Shown here: positions 12,310 to 42,426 of the stretch, piece after piece | Layout: each line of letters opens with the position of its first letter | Position numbering within the stretch: the first letter of the stretch is position 1 | Source: Paraspadella gotoi | Taxonomy: Eukaryota > Animalia > Chaetognatha | Direction: 5' to 3' | Assembly: GCA_051294375.1 (NCBI GenBank) | Contig: CM119263.1 | Location: forward strand, 20,612,115-20,676,114 | DNA length: 64,000 nt | Notes under the pieces: model-generated | What the model was told of the DNA's origin: nothing | Seen by the model: only the letters and a program-made list of their open reading frames with translations | Database searches by the model: none | Position numbers and translations under genes: made by a program

Positions 12310-14343
12310 ATATTAAATAAAAAATCGTTGTAGTACAAACTCTAAACTTTGTTTTCACTAAAACACCAAAACACAATGAAACAAAAGGAATACCACATTA
12401 TGTCACATAATAGATTCTGATAGAGCTTTAAAAGTTAGATAAAGTTTATTAATACAAATTGTTAAAATTTTTTGTTTGATAAAAATTTTAATTCAATCAA
12501 TGATGATGATGATGATTTTTTAACGTTTTTTCAGTTAACCAATTTCTTGTCAAAATTTTAAAAGATTGTAGTACTAACTTTCATTTAACTTTTTAAGCTC
12601 TATAGGAATCCGTTCTTAAAAAATATTTTTTTTTTTTAAATTTTTTTGTCATTTGTTATATATTAATAAATATTTAAAAGCTTCAGTGCAACAACCCAAT
12701 GAACTAATTCAACAAGTTGCATTAAAAATCGATTTAGTATTAGAGGGAAAAAAGAAATTTTTTTGAGAGAATTAGAAGTTATAAAAAGTGTTCAATTTTG
12801 GCCCGCCTTACTGTTTATATCAAGCTGAAAACATTTTTGTATTTATAATTTTTGATATTTAAAAAGACATTTTATCAAGCTACAACATAAATTTTTGCTT
12901 GTTTTTTACTTTAACTAAAAATATAAACAATTTTATGGAATAAAAAAATTTAATAATAATCAAAATGTAATTCAGTCTTTCCTTTTTCAAATTACAAAAG
13001 AAAAAAAAAAATTTCATATGCCTTCATTGAAATTTTTAAAGCAAAAAACTGTTATACTTTTAACTCTGATTTAAACAAAAGCTGTGTAAAGATTTATGGA
13101 TTTAATTTAATAAAACTCTTTTAGAAAGGTGTCCCATGATTAGGGCTACCTTTTTTCTTTCAAAAGTTATTTAAAAAAATAATTTTTTTTAAACTACGCA
13201 GTACAAATCTTTGTTAAATAAAAATTTCGGCAAAGCGGGAGTATCTCACTTATTTCTATTGGTACAATACTTAAATTTTAAAATAAAACTTGAAAAAATT
13301 TTTTTGGTCTTTTAGAGACATATCACTTTCAGATGTACCCATCGTATAATAATTGATTTATTTATTTCCCCCCAAAAAGCCTAATTAGAAAAGTTGAACT
13401 TTTTTCAAATAGTTTGAAAAAAAATTTCGTCCAACCTATGCTCATTGAGAATAATAGTTTTGCATAGAAAATCAAAATATCAAAAAAATAAAAAAATTAG
13501 CCTCTAGAAAAATCGAAAGGCTAGAGGCTGATTATTTTAGAATTGCAAAATTTTTTTCCTAACTCGAAATCTATTATTCTCAAGTTTCAAAATATTTTTT
13601 TTCAAAATCATTCAATCAATTTTTTTTTATTAATTTAAAACATTTTTATGATGTTTTTTTGTTTGAAAGAATTGAAAAAAAGTGAAAAATATAGTAATTA
13701 TATAAGGTTTTTGAAAATAATTATTAGATAATTAGACAAGGGAAGTAAGCAGAGAAAACTTCCCATTCATAAAAAAAATTGAAAATGAATTTGTCATATT
13801 GTTATTTAGATTAATTGACTAATTACAAACAAATGATTCATATCAATTGAGGAAATGATGGGTAAAAAATATTCATCTTGGTCTCGGTTAACTATTAAGT
13901 TATCGTTAAAGTTTTGTTTTAATAATATTAATATTTTTTTTGCATTTATAAAAGCAATGGTCTAAAATTTTGTAAGCGTTTCGAGCTATATTGCTTCATC
14001 TTTTTTACTATTTTTGATCTAGTTAGCTTTTTTGTTGATAGTCAAGGGTTATGGTCAGACACAGTAATGTTCAGTAGTGTATATCGCAAATATTACCAAA
14101 AGTAATAATCAATTAATTTGGCTCAGAAACAATTTTAAAGGGACAAAATCAGCACGAGACCGTTTCGCCACGTTATTTTTCATTGTGTCTTACAATGTAA
14201 GAAGCGTTAATCACATCAATTTTCAGAATTTTCGTCTCGTGGTGTGGAAGGCTCGCCTGTTTGTGTCGCGTTTTCTCGTACCTCGAGATCCAAATTGTTC
14301 GTTCCCTGTTAAAGAGAATTTGATGGAGAAGTAAGAAATGAAG

Positions 14344-30024
<15,681 letters not shown>

Positions 30025-30184
30025 CCTTGCCTAATCCTACACTAATTATTTTTAATAACGATAACATTTGACGATTGAGTGCATCGCTTATATACTTTCA
30101 ACTTTTAGTGAGTCTTTTTACGCAGAACATTCGGCCTTTTTTTTGCTGTGGCTAGAACAGCCTTGCGTAAGCCGAAGCCGGTTT

Positions 30185-30240
30185 CTTATTGGTCCGCCTA
30201 GCCAACCACGTGACCAAATATGTTGAAGCTGATTGGTAGG
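30185..30240 (-). promoter_or_regulatory. Candidate LONRF promoter (two CCAAT boxes and an E-box)
   Basis: ATTGG at 30188 and GATTGG at 30231 (CCAAT on the minus strand), CACGTG at 30207, about 165-210 bp upstream of the ATG. Confidence 0.4.
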
Positions 30241-32522
30241 GCGTTGTGTAACGATTCCTTATAAAAAGGGACGAAGTCATGTTGAAGTTCATGTAAGTTT
30301 GTGTTTAAGTAACCTAAAAGCATTTTGAAACGGCATTAGTAGTCGACAGGGGGCAAGAAGAGAATAGACCAATCAGAAGATAATCATTATTAATTATATC
30401 TAATTATTAATCATATCTTTTCTAGCTTCTTATTATTATCTTATTTTATCATTATCATTAATTTCTTTTATGGTAATAAATGCAATGAGGTCGTTGATCA
30501 CAAAGGAACCCAAATTTTAGAATGAACGAAACAAACTATTTATTAACCTTTTTTTTTCTCTTAGTATATGCTGCTGCATCCTCATTTTAGTTTTTTTTCC
30601 GAGATTCGAATTGTCAATTTGATAACATAATAGACGTTAAAACTAGCAATTCTGATCATAAATATAACAAATTGGTCTATTTTCAAGCTTCACTAGCTAA
30701 CAGAGCACAGAGCAGTATAAAAACTTTTAATTTTAAAGAAATGCTATGCAACTGAAATTATTTTGCTCAGTTTTATATTACGACTGATAAACAAAAGTTG
30801 GTATTATGTCAATCAAAAAAAAGTTTCACAGACTTCATTAAAATTCAAAAACACTATAGTGCAACATTGGCTTCTGAAAAATGACGGAAGTTTTATGGTG
30901 ACGATCACACAGCGAAAGCGAATGGTAACGGTGCTCTCCAAATCCAAAAGTTTGTATTTACAGACAACGTACCTGCAAAGAAATATATTTTAAGGTAGAA
31001 CTATGTCGTTTTAACTGAGACCTAAACAATTTCGTATCTATTATCAATCATGGCCACTTGGAATGCTTATTATTCTAGAGCACAAGGCGGCACAGCTATT
31101 TATGTATCTTTTAAGCATGTACATATTTTTAATGTTTTGACGAGCGGAAAAATACTGCGGATAATATAAATCAAAATATAATTAGACAACCATTTTAAAA
31201 TTTTATTTTATTTTCATTGACTTTAGGGGAAAGATATTATAAATAGCTGGGTACCACGATTAGATCTTAATTTTGAAGTGCTTACCATAGAAGGTTTAAC
31301 TTTCTGGTGGACGAATTTAATTTTAAACCACACTTTTTTAATCACATAATTTGAATCTTAGAGAAACACGTTGAGGACGCGCACTATGAAACCGCTATGC
31401 CGTTTTTATCCTTGGAAGCGAGAATCTCATGAGTCGAAAAGCAAAATCACGAGACGAGATTGTATGGATTTGATGCTTTCGGAAGAATGTTGAACAGTAA
31501 TTATCTTAACTCCAGGGCAAAAAATTACTAGTCAAAAAAATTATTGATACTGTAGTGGACCAAATTGTCAGTAAATCTTTCTTAAATATTAAATTTAACA
31601 GATAGATTGTCAAAATTTCTGACATTCTGATCCACGTAATTTCTGATGATAAAAAGGGAACTTTTGAAAGTCATTTCAAAAGCTTTCTTATTTTATAAAC
31701 TCTCTCCTTTTCATAAATAATAAAACTCCAAACCGGTAAAAAAAAAAACTCCCGACAGACAGAATGACGAGTGGCGCAAATGAAGATGATTCCTTTCATA
31801 TTCGAAGACGATTAATTCACTTTTTTCACACTTTCATTCACTTTTAAAACACATTTCGAAGAGGAGCACATTCGAGGAAAAATGAAAAGATGAGCTGGTC
31901 GATAGTGGACAGCACTACGAAGCACAGAAGAAAGCTGGAAATGATTTCTCCATTTTGTTCGCTAAGGCGTTCGCGGTTGCACTGGTTTACCTTATGAAAC
32001 ACACACAGCGTACACAATTTCGACGCGAAAATGAAAGACACGGTGAAACTGGATTTTCACGTCTCGGTTTCGTTCCGCTCAACCATCGTCGGCAATGTCG
32101 CAGAGGAAACGCCACTACACCACCGTGTTCCACATCGGAGGATGAGCGAGCGTGCGGCGCGAATATTTTTTTTCTCTCTCGTGATTTTCACTCAGAGATA
32201 AACGGCACGAAGAGACGCGAAGCGAAATCCGTCTCACTCGGTTTCTCGGGTTAACTATGTTTTATTTTTTTTTTTTGGGGCCACGGGTGTTATTGTACAA
32301 CCGTCGTTTTTAAACACATTCGGCTCCAACGACCCCGAAGCGAGTCGTCTTTGCTTCACCACAAACGAAGCCTTATCATACCTATGCTCGCCACAGTAAA
32401 GCCGCGTCGAATTTAACGAAACGAGGCGAAGCGTCGGGACGAAGTTGAGGGCGAAATCGAGAAGGTGATTCCGAGGTACGCGACCGCGTGGCGGGATTCC
32501 TTCCTTTTTTTTATCTCCTTTC

Positions 32523-35500
32523 CTACGAGCCGGCGGTTCGCGTGAGGACGACGACCAGGTGCTCGTCCTTAAGGGGTTCCGCCCCAAGATCAGGGGCCAC
32601 CCGTTTCAAGAACGAATGGGCGAAATCGCAGGAGGGAAACGCATGCAGGACGCACTGACTCCCGGATGCGATGGACGTTTGTATCACTCCAGCGGCCTCC
32701 TTCTGCTTCAAGTAGGTCATGAGGTTCCTCAGCGGCCGCTTAGCGTTGACGGCGGGATCCTCGACGACGACTCCGGGGTCGGGCATCGCGACGAGCACGG
32801 CATTGCCCGTTGACGTCGATGAATAGATCTTGGCACTCATGTCGTCGAGCTTGTTCTGATCGAGCCGAAGACGCTGCGTGATGCGGAGGAGACGGGACTT
32901 GTGGGCCTCGCCGAAGAGGGCGTCGAAGGTCCCACGGACAAAAGACTCGTCGCCCATGAGGAGGTGGAAGCGGACGAGAAAGGCAGAGCTTTTGAGGATG
33001 AAAGCTCCGTCGCTGACGCTGGGGAGATACTTGGCGAGCGCCTCCAACGTTGAGACGTCCCTTGGCACCTCGGGGATCTTGACTCCTGAACGAGCTTCGG
33101 CACCCGACGGGCCGCCACGACCGCCCCGCTCGTCGTCGCGGCGATCGCGTTTGGCGCCACCGTTGCGAAGGTCATCTTCAGACGGGAACCGACGCTTCAC
33201 GTCTGTTCGTCCGAGAGAGCTGCTGCGCCGGCGGCGTGGAGAGAAGGACGAACCCTCTCGCGGAGGACCGTCGCGACCTTCGTAGTCGGCGCGGCGACCG
33301 CGCTCGTCGTTGCTTCGCCGTTCGCGCTCTTGACCGCCGCTGCTTTGGGAAAGAAAACGTCCGTTAAAAACTTTAGTTTACACAATACACAATAGAGCGT
33401 TGAAAAATAACAAAAAATAACAAATCAAGTGAGGTACATAGCTATTTTAGTGTAATGTAGTCAGTAGAATTCGATGGTGATGACCATTTTTTTGTATAAT
33501 TTTATCTTTCTTGTCGGAAATGAGGGTTTTTAATGTATATAAAATTGTTATAAAATACAAAACCATTATAAGTTATGATAAATCAAATTATTAAAATTTT
33601 ATAAAATTTATATGAGCTTTTGAAATATAAAAATAAAGACTTATAAAAAAATTTTGGTAAGTTTATTTCTAAATTTTATGTTTTATAAAAAGTTAGTTAA
33701 CTATATTTATTAATAATTATGAGTAAAAATTGGGCTAAAGTTAAAAAATAATAATTTCAAAATTTTTTTCATGGATTTGCATTGTTTGCAAAAAGTTGAC
33801 ATAAGAAAATATAATTTTTATATCAAAATTAAGTCATTAAGTTGGTCAAAATTCAGAAAAACTATAATCTTAAGCCAAAAATTAAAAAATTAAACAAAAA
33901 TAATAGTTTTTAATATTTTTAACCTACTTAATGAAAGAATTTTTTAAAATGGATTATACTTTCTTATATCAACTTTTTGTAAGGAATTCAAATCCAGTTT
34001 TAAAATTTTAAAATTTTAATTTTTTCACTTTAGCTTATTTTTTATTATTATATATTAATAAATATAGCTAACAAACTATTAATAAAATAAAAAAATTGTA
34101 AATAAACTTACCAAATTATTTAAATGGGTCTTTATTTTCATATTATGTAAGTTAAATATTAGAGTGATGTGAAAATGATAAAATTTTAGAAAATTAAAAT
34201 TTAGCATATAAAATATGAACATAAAAACCATTAAAAATACTTTGGTAAATTTATTTTTTAATTTTATATATTAGTGGGCACCAGTGAGCTATATTTATAT
34301 ATAGTAATAAGTATATAATAGGCTAAAATTTTAAAATGCAAATTTTCAAATTTTAAGATCGGATTTGGATTCCTTGCAAAAAGTTTTTAAAAGAAAGTAT
34401 AATTCTTTTTTAAAAATTCTTTCATTAAGTTAGTCAAAAATGTAAAAAACTATATTTAAGATACCGATTTTTAATTTCCAGCTTAAAAATATAGTTTTTT
34501 GTAATTTTAACTTATTTAATGACATAATTTTTGAAAGAGATTTATATTTTCTGTTATCAACTTTTAACGAGGAATCTGAATCTGTTCTCAGAATTAAAAA
34601 AAAACATTTTGAAATTTTGAAATTATATAAGAGTAATACTATATACAAAATATTAAATATGGCTTTTATAAAATCTTAATAATTTGAGTTTCTTATACTC
34701 TACAATGTTTACTCCATTTTAATAGCACCTTATATGCTGAAAAAATCGCCATTTCCGACAAAGAAGATGAGACTATACAAAAAAATGGTTATCATCATCG
34801 AATTCTACAGACTTTATTACACTAAAATAGCTATGTACCTCACTTGATTTGTTATATTTTGTTATTTTTCAACGCCCTAATACACAATGACCAAGATTAT
34901 ACAATTATAAAGTAGTTTCGTGGGGGAAAGAAACCTGCTCCGCTCCGACCGGTGAGAACCGTTTCTCTCGTCCCCACCGTCCTGAGGATAATCAGAGGGA
35001 GCCGCCCTCGTAGACGGCCCACTGGGGCTGGCGACGGGATCGTTCTGCCCGAATTTTGTCGGGTCGTTGAAGTCGATTCTGGTCGGGTGATAAGAAACTC
35101 AATTTTGTTTGGTCGGTCGGTGTATTTCGTCTTTACTCTCTTTTACCGAATCCGGTGACCGTCGATGACCGATCCCTTCATCTCTTTGAACGCCTCTTTA
35201 GCCGATTCCACATCCTCGAAAAGGACGAAGGCGTTGCCGGCACCTTTTCGTCGGTCAATGTCTTGAATTTTACCGAATCGCACAAACTCCCGTTCAAGAT
35301 CTTTTTCCGTCACCTAAATTAAATAATTTCTAAGCATTTTGATAGAATTATCAAGCGCGACGTCAAACACCTCCAACCCCCCGATTTTTCTGAGAAGCAC
35401 GATATTCTCCAGTTATTAGAACTTAAAACAAGTTTGAGCAAACAATGTGGGATCTGCCTACGATAATTAAGCAATAATAAGCTAATCCGATGATAAATCA

Positions 35501-37785
35501 TGGTAATATTTTCTGACTTTCAATTTGTGATAATTCAATTGATCTATCAATCATTACCAGTAGCTCCGCCAATACCAACTTGCATAATTTGGTAATTTTG
35601 CATAATTTGATCAACTTGCATAATTTAATCAAGTTGCATTATTTGGTAAACTGGCATAATTTGGTCAACTGGCATAATTTGGTCAACTGGCATAATTTAG
35701 TCAACTGGAATAATTTGGTCAACCAATCAAACAATCAATCAGAGAGAGATAGAGGGAAACTTTTTTCAAATAAATGTGTCTTTTGGTTTTCTAATTTAAA
35801 CTCTTTTCCACTCCTACGATTCCATCAAAAATTTATATCCAGCTTAACCACATACTTTCCTACCCACACACAAAATTTCATTTCAATTTATCTATCCAAT
35901 TTTTAATCAATATAATAATTATGAGTAAAAATAATTCAAGTGAATATGACTTTTGCTTTTTCTATTTAAACTCATTTCCACTTGCACGATTCCATTGAAA
36001 CTTTATATCCAGCTCAATCATACACTTTCCTACCCACACACAAAATTTCATTCCAATCCATCCATCCAATCACGAGTAATTGGAGTTTAATGAAAAGGTG
36101 GGACGGACATTCGGACATCTTTTTTTTGCACAATTTATCATAATTCAATGTTCTGACGTGATTTAAGTGAGTGCCCGATAAGATTTAGGGGGGGACCGAC
36201 GGTATACAAAGTATAAGAGAACTTACGCCCGGCGACAACCCTCCGACCCAAATCATATTGGATGTGTTAACTTTTCCGAAACCGATCTTCAATTGAAATT
36301 TGCCAATATATTTTCCGCTGAGGTTGATTTTGGCGTCGTGCGCCATGTCGAGGTCGTGGAAGCGAACAAACGCGTAGGGATTGCCCTGGAAGACGCGATT
36401 ACTTACTATTACTAAACTGGAGTAGAATTTAAAAAAAAACCAAAATGACAAATAAATTTATAATTGAAAACAGAAAAAAAATAATAGGAAATCACGAAAG
36501 ACTAGGTTACTAGTAAAATGTGCCAATCCGTTATCATTCCCACCTGGCCATGACGTTTCATGTCGATGTCTTCCACGATTCCGTATTCTTTGAAGATGTA
36601 GCGGAGCTCGGCCTCAGTCACGCTGCCGTCGATGTTGCCCACGAAAAGCGTACGGGTCGCGTCGGGATCGTTCTCGGGAGCGAGGTGTGTCAGGAAGTCG
36701 GGGAAACGCCCGTCCTTGTTTTTTAACGAAGCCTTTTGAGAACGGACAGGTTGGGAGATCCACGATGTATATAATAATAAATAAAACCGCTACTCCAGAA
36801 AAATCTAGACTACTTTCTAGTCTACGCTGCATCTAAAATAATACTTTATATAAAACATATAGGGGCATAATTTGAGCAAATAAAATACAAACCTGCCCGG
36901 TAAATTCTTCCGCCTGCGCAGGGAACTGAGCGAAAAAAAAATTGGTAGAAAATTTTAAATGAAAAAAAAAAAAACAAACAAAAAAGCTCCAATCTAGAGA
37001 CAAGACTCCTTCGCAGGACTTACGCCGGATCGGTGGTCGAGCTTTTTGAAATCAGGCCCCCTGTTTCCGCCCGGAACCGGAGAACGACCTCGCATTTTTC
37101 TATTACAATCCAAAAAAAAAAAACGTACATAATTCAAAGTAATTTTAAAAGTATTTTGATATACTAATTATTAAAATAAAACCTGTGAGGGTCTGGCGAG
37201 GCGCTGCGACGTCTGGCGCTGATGCTGACAGTCGCGTAGTCAATGTAAATGGGCCTGTCGAAGAGCATGGCGCGCGACCTCGCCCGCTTGGCTTCCTTTG
37301 AGTCTTCGGGGCGTCGGAAGCAGACGTAGGCGACCTTCTCCTCCCCATTGTAACTGAGTTTCACGTTGAACTCGCCGAACTTTTCGAACTCTTTGTAGAG
37401 GGCGTCTTTGAGCTGTTGGTCGGGGACTTGTTGGTTGAGGTTACCAACGAAGAGCGTCTTGAAGTCGGTCGTCCGCTCCGCCTTCTCGTCGTTCCAAGAG
37501 GGACGCTCCGTTCGGTCGGCGCGAAAGGGACGGGAGGAGCTAAAATGATGACCGCCGCCTCCGCCGCGCCCGCCGTCGTTGCGGTACTGGAAGTTGCGAC
37601 CTCCGCCGCCGTATGATCTGGGAAAGAAGTAATGCCAATGAAAGACCAAAGTCGAGTCGTTTGATGCATTTAATTTTATACCTAGAATCTCTGCCTGGTT
37701 CGTCGTACTTCCGTTGGCCGCGATCGGGCATTCTTTCAAAGTATTTGCCCCTAGGCGAGGGAGAGCGATCAATACCGCGTTTCAT
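32523..37785 (-). CDS. RBM15: RBM15/spenito: three RRMs plus a C-terminal SPOC domain, multi-exon
   Basis: RRM1 KTLFVGNL...AYVCFRRPEDSKEAK; RRM2 DPDATRTLFVGNI, YAFVRFHDLDMAHDAK; RRM3 IWVGGL; SPOC LRITQRLRLDQ, LRNLMTYLKQKEAAGVI, LHAFPSCDF. Confidence 0.92.
33393..34879. mobile_element. Non-autonomous hAT element in an RBM15 intron
   Basis: About 130-bp TIRs TAGAGCGTTGAAAAATAAC...GTTATTTTTCAACGCCCTA with a perfect 8-bp TSD ATACACAA. Confidence 0.85.
35427..36202 (-). mobile_element. HINE family 1 copy with an internal 18-bp tandem array (35576-35722, TTGGTCAACTGGCATAAT)
   Basis: 3' hairpin AACAAGTTTGAGCAAAC plus sub-TIR, and the core shared with other copies. Confidence 0.75.
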
Positions 37786-37918
37786 CGTTAAACTAAATTC
37801 TCTTAAAATATCACCTAATCGCAATACAAAACTCGTCGAAATTTATAAAATATAAATACATCACAAAATATTTCATAAATTTAAGACCATACATGATTAT
37901 GAACCAAAAAAAAGTGTA

Positions 37919-38161
37919 GGGTAGTGCGGGGTAATTCGGAACACTTGGAAGTAATCAAATTTTTCGCATAGTATATTTATTTAAAAAAACCTTCTTCTGG
38001 TGATATATCTAGGAAAGTGTCCCCGCTACAGGTTCATTCATTTTTATCCTGCGGCCAAGTCAAGTTGGTGAAATATTAAAGGAACCAAAAAAAATTATAA
38101 AATATTTAAAATATATACACAATTTTTTTATTTCAGTGTTCCGAATTACCCCGCACTACCC
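37919..38161. mobile_element. 243-bp Tc1/mariner(pogo)-type MITE between NDUFS2 and RBM15
   Basis: Perfect 27-bp TIR GGGTAGTGCGGGGTAATTCGGAACACT, flanked by TA on both sides. Confidence 0.85.
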
Positions 38162-38460
38162 TATCAAACTATCAAAAACTCGCGTCTTATTCACGATTAG
38201 GTAAAAAAAAAAACGATTTAAGGAAATATTAAAAAGCCTATCCATAAAGAGAACTACGATAAGCTTCTTTGACAAAACATAATAGTATCGTCAGGTGGGA
38301 GAACGTAATATTGGAATAAAATTGTCTAAATTAGTTATCGTCCAGAATCAAAATTAATTATTTCATAACTTGCAGAATAAAAAGCATCTTTTTAAATTCG
38401 CCTTCTCCCACCAAACCTTCCGATGCGACGAGCACGTGCTCAAATACAAAACTACGACGA

Positions 38461-39967
38461 TCAGCGGTCGACTTCGCCGAAGACGATGTCCAGCGTCCCA
38501 ATGAGGGCGACGGCGTCGGCCAACATGTGGCCCTTAGAGAGCTTGTCCATGGCGGCCAAGTGGGCGAACCCGGGAGCCCTTATCTTGCACCTATAGGGAC
38601 GCGAAGATCCGTCAGAGACGAGGTAAACGCCGAACTCTCCCTTGGGCGCCTCGACGGCGGTATAAGTGGCGCCGGGCGGGACTTGGTAGCCTTGGGTGAA
38701 GAGTTTGAAGTGGTGAATCAGGGCTTCCATAGAGTTCTTCATCTCGGCCCTGGACGGCGGCGTGACTTTTTTGTCGTCCACCTTAATTTCGCCGGAAGGC
38801 ATCTGGTTCATGCACTGCTCAATGATGCGCAACGACTGTCGCATTTCCTCCATACGGACTAAGTATCGATCGTAGGTGTCGCCCTTAACTCCGATGGGAA
38901 TGTCGAAGTCCACCTTATCGTAGGCGTCGTAGGGTTGGGACTTGCGCAAGTCCCACTTGATACCGGAACCTCGGAGCAATGCGCCCGAAAAGCCGTAGAT
39001 GTAAGCGTCTTCGGCAGAGACGATGCCAATATCTTTGGTCCGGTTGATCCAAACGCGGTTGTCGGTAACAAAGTCATCGAGCTCCTCGAGTCGCTGACAA
39101 AAGGCCTGACACCAATGCCACAGATCGTCCATGAATCCCAGCGGCAGATCTTGACTCACGCCGCCGGGGCGGACGTAGGCGGCGTGCATGCGCGCGCCGG
39201 AACAGCGTTCAGAAAATTCGAAGATTTTCTCGCGCTCCTCGAAGAGCCAAAAGTAAGGCGTCATGGCGCCGATGTCGAGAAGGTGACATCCGACGAAGAG
39301 GAGGTGGTTGGCGACGCGCGTCAATTCGGCCCAAAGAACGCGGATGTATTTGGCGCGCTCGGGGACTTCAATGTTGAGGAGCTTCTCCACGGCGAGGGAG
39401 TAGCACTGCTCGTTGACCATCATTGAGACGTAGTCCAACCGATCGAAGTACGGCAGCGCCTGCGTGTAGGTCTTGTATTCTATCAGCTTTTCTGTTGCGC
39501 GGTGGAGGAGACCGATATGAGGGTCGGCTTTCACGATCGTTTCTCCATCCAAAGTCAAAACCATTCTGAGAAAATTTTGGGGGAGGAGGAAGAATGTATA
39601 ATCAATTATTTTGTCCTTGTTAGGCTATTAAAACGAAAAAGCTGACGCACCTAAGCACGCCGTGAGCGGCGGGATGTTGTGGCCCAAAATTTAGTTGAAT
39701 ATTTTGAATATTTTTTTCCCTCTCATAAGCATCAGGGTTGCTTCGGTCAGTAGAAAAAGCCCATGAGATGAGAGCGCTACCATTGTTAAGATCGGGCGGA
39801 AGCATCATGGGACATTTGAATTTTTCCAAAAGAGCAGGGTCGGGATTCCATTCCTTCACTCCTCTGGTCAAGATTAGAGCAGGGGATCGGGCTAAGGCCC
39901 AGTTTAAGTTCCCTCGCAAAATATGGGACGCCGAGAGGGCAACCCCCGTCAACCGTCCTAAATACAT
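38461..39967 (-). CDS. NDUFS2: NADH:ubiquinone oxidoreductase 49-kDa subunit, 2 coding exons (intron 39566-39650)
   Basis: [49 protein letters not shown]. The N-terminus resembles a mitochondrial transit peptide. Confidence 0.97.
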
Positions 39968-40440
39968 TGTTAACCCTTGGGGGGAAAAACGATTGAAAAA
40001 CAATTTAAAAGTAAAAATACTGGTCTTAAAGACAAAATGTATTAAAAAAGGACAAGAAAAAATGTTCTCGTGGCTCAGAAGGATATTCCAAAAAGGCTCC
40101 GATTAACCTGCAGTGTGCAATCCCTAACAACAGTTAACGATCGGTTATCCATAAATTTTTTTAGTCTTGCTTAATTAGTTGATTTCATTCTGCAAAGGAA
40201 AAGGTTGTTACAAAATCTAAAATGGCACTTAAGGAAATAAATTTAAAATTTATAAATAGGTTTTGGTTTGTTGACATTGGATTAAATATTTGGTTTTTGA
40301 AGGCCACTCGTGAGATCTGATAGTAGAGTGCGCTCTAGTAGAGGAGTGAACTCATTGGACGGAGTGTGACGTGACATAAATTATTGTACAAAGAAACGAA
40401 ATGCGAGACGTAAATAAAATACGTGAAAGACCGCCAAGTT

Positions 40441-42426
40441 TTAATCCTTGCCACCCTGCGACAGCGTGTTGCCGATCATCTTCTTAATCTTCTCCTCGTT
40501 CCTAAGAATATTTTTCTTCACGGAGCGGATGAGTTCAATTTGATCCACGATGCCCGTCTCTAGCGTTTCTAATTCCCTCTTCAACGGCTCCAGTTCCGCG
40601 TCCGTGATGTTTTTCTCCTGAAGATAGGTAAAATCAGTGAAAATCCTGCTCTATTTGAACCTCATGTTTAAGCCAGTCGAAACTACCTGAACGATAGCCT
40701 CCAAATGGATTTTATTCTCCGACTTCCAGGAATACAGTTCCTTTTGCATCGCTTCCACGTCCTCCTGGACATAGTCCATCATTTTCCCAAGTGGGTTCGC
40801 TGCGCTGGAGAGCTGTTGAATGGCTGCCCTGACTTTGCTCACTTCTTTCTTCACCATCTCTCTCTCCTTCTCTCTCTCTCTTTGAAGTGCCTCTTCGGCG
40901 CCGGCGGTGGGGCGGCTCGGCCCGTTCCTCGCCCCCGGTGCGCCCATTCCTTCCATCTCCTCGATGCCCTTCTTCATTTCAAGGATTTTCTTGACGAGGA
41001 CGCCGTGGACTTCGTCTTCGGCGCCGCCTTCATCAGGGCGGACAACGTTTTCGGCGTCGTGTTGTTTTCCGGCGTCTACAGTCTCCTCGAGGAGTTCGAT
41101 CATTTCGCCCTCGTCATCATCTTCGTCGTAGTCGCCCTTGTCCTCGATGACGTTGGCCACGGCATTACCGCTTTCCTCGGCGTCGGGCTCCGCAGCGAGG
41201 CTCCTCTTTATCTTGGCGGGCGGCCGCGCAGATGGAGGGCGGAGTTTCGTCGTCCGCTCGGGACTCTCGGCGGGCGACTCTTCGTTGTCTTCTTCGTGGG
41301 CGGCGCGAGACTTGGTGCGTCTCTTCCTCTCTTCGCGACCTCGTCCGCCCGACGCCTCAAAGTCTTCCTCCTTGCCGTCGCTCTCTCCTCCCGCGGGTCT
41401 TCCTTCTTTCCTCCTTCGAGATCCCTTGGCTGAGGATGGCCGCGGAATCTTCGCCGGTCGATCCGCCGAATTTTCTTCCGCCGTCTCAACGTCTTTGCCT
41501 TTAACCGCGGCCTCAGAACTTCCGGTCGTCGCGGGCGCGGGATCCGACGGCGCCCCGCTTTCCCTACTATCTTCGTCCCGATCCCGCTTCGGAGTTTCCT
41601 GCGCCTGATCCGGCTTCTCCTTGGCCTCTTTTCTTTTCTTCCTCTCCCTCCTTCTAGCCTCTTTTGCCTCCCTGGACTCCCTCTCCTCCGTATCGTCTCC
41701 CTCCTTGGCGGGAGTCCTCGTCTTCTCCGCGCTTCGTTCTCGGTCCCGACTTCCCTCCGCCTCCTTTTTTCGTCTTTCCTTCTCGGCGCTTCTCTCCCTG
41801 CCTTTGGCACGATCAGCAGAGGAGGCGCGACTCGACTTTTCGCCCGCGTCGCCTCGATCTTTCTTCTCCGCCTTCTCGCCTTTGTCCTCTTTGTCCTGCT
41901 TGTCCCCTCCTCGCTCGCCACGGTCGCGTTCTTTGTCTCTCTCGCCTTCCTTTCGTTCGTCGCGGCTTTTCTTGGACTTCTTCAAAGAGGTGGCTTCTTC
42001 CGCGGAGGGTTTGTCCGAGCCAGCATCGAACGACGCCCCTGCGCCTTCGGCGGGGACGCCTTTCTCCTTGTTAACCGCCGCGGCGAGCGCCTGGAGGAGG
42101 GTATTGGTCTTTTCCGGTTCGGCGCCGGCGACGATCTTGCGGGGATTCACGTCGACTTTGGCGCCGTTCGTCTTTTCAACGAATTCGATGAGTTTTTGCA
42201 GAAAGGCGAGCTTCGCCTCTTTGTCCTTGACCATCTCGTGATTTTTCTCGTCGTCGGAGAAAACGTCGGCAAGGACGCCCGTCGCTTTGATCAGCCCCGT
42301 CACGATGTCGTGGAGAAAACGAAACGGAGGCTTGGACAAAAGTTTTGGTGTCAGTGGAGGCTTTTTAATAAGGGGGGTCAGGGCGTCTTGGGTGGTTTTG
42401 ATAATTTTCTCGTCGATCGATGCCAT
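40441..42426 (-). CDS. TRAF3IP1: TRAF3-interacting protein 1 / IFT54 / MIP-T3, 2 exons (intron about 40619-40687)
   Basis: KKPPLTPKLLSKPPFRFLHDIV, KIVAGAEPEKTN, HGVLVKKILE, ANPLGKMMDYVQEDVEAM. The last exon ends KKNILRNEEKIKKMI...GKD*. Confidence 0.93.

Larger units (their letters stand above)
10555..12345 (+). mobile_element. Penelope-like element 3' remnant (GIY-YIG endonuclease end plus pseudo-LTR), interrupted by MITE A
   Basis: YVAETGKSLTDRFQQH...SAIAEH...RGIREAVYIKALEPSLNRDGG. A homologous copy lies at 56370-57425 (-). Hammerhead at the 3' end. Confidence 0.85.

Noticed and set aside
31638-31682. Hammerhead-like CTGATGA-TAAAAGGGAACTTTT-GAAA
   Set aside because: Stems I and III are only weak A-U pairs, and there is no repeat context. 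Likely chance.
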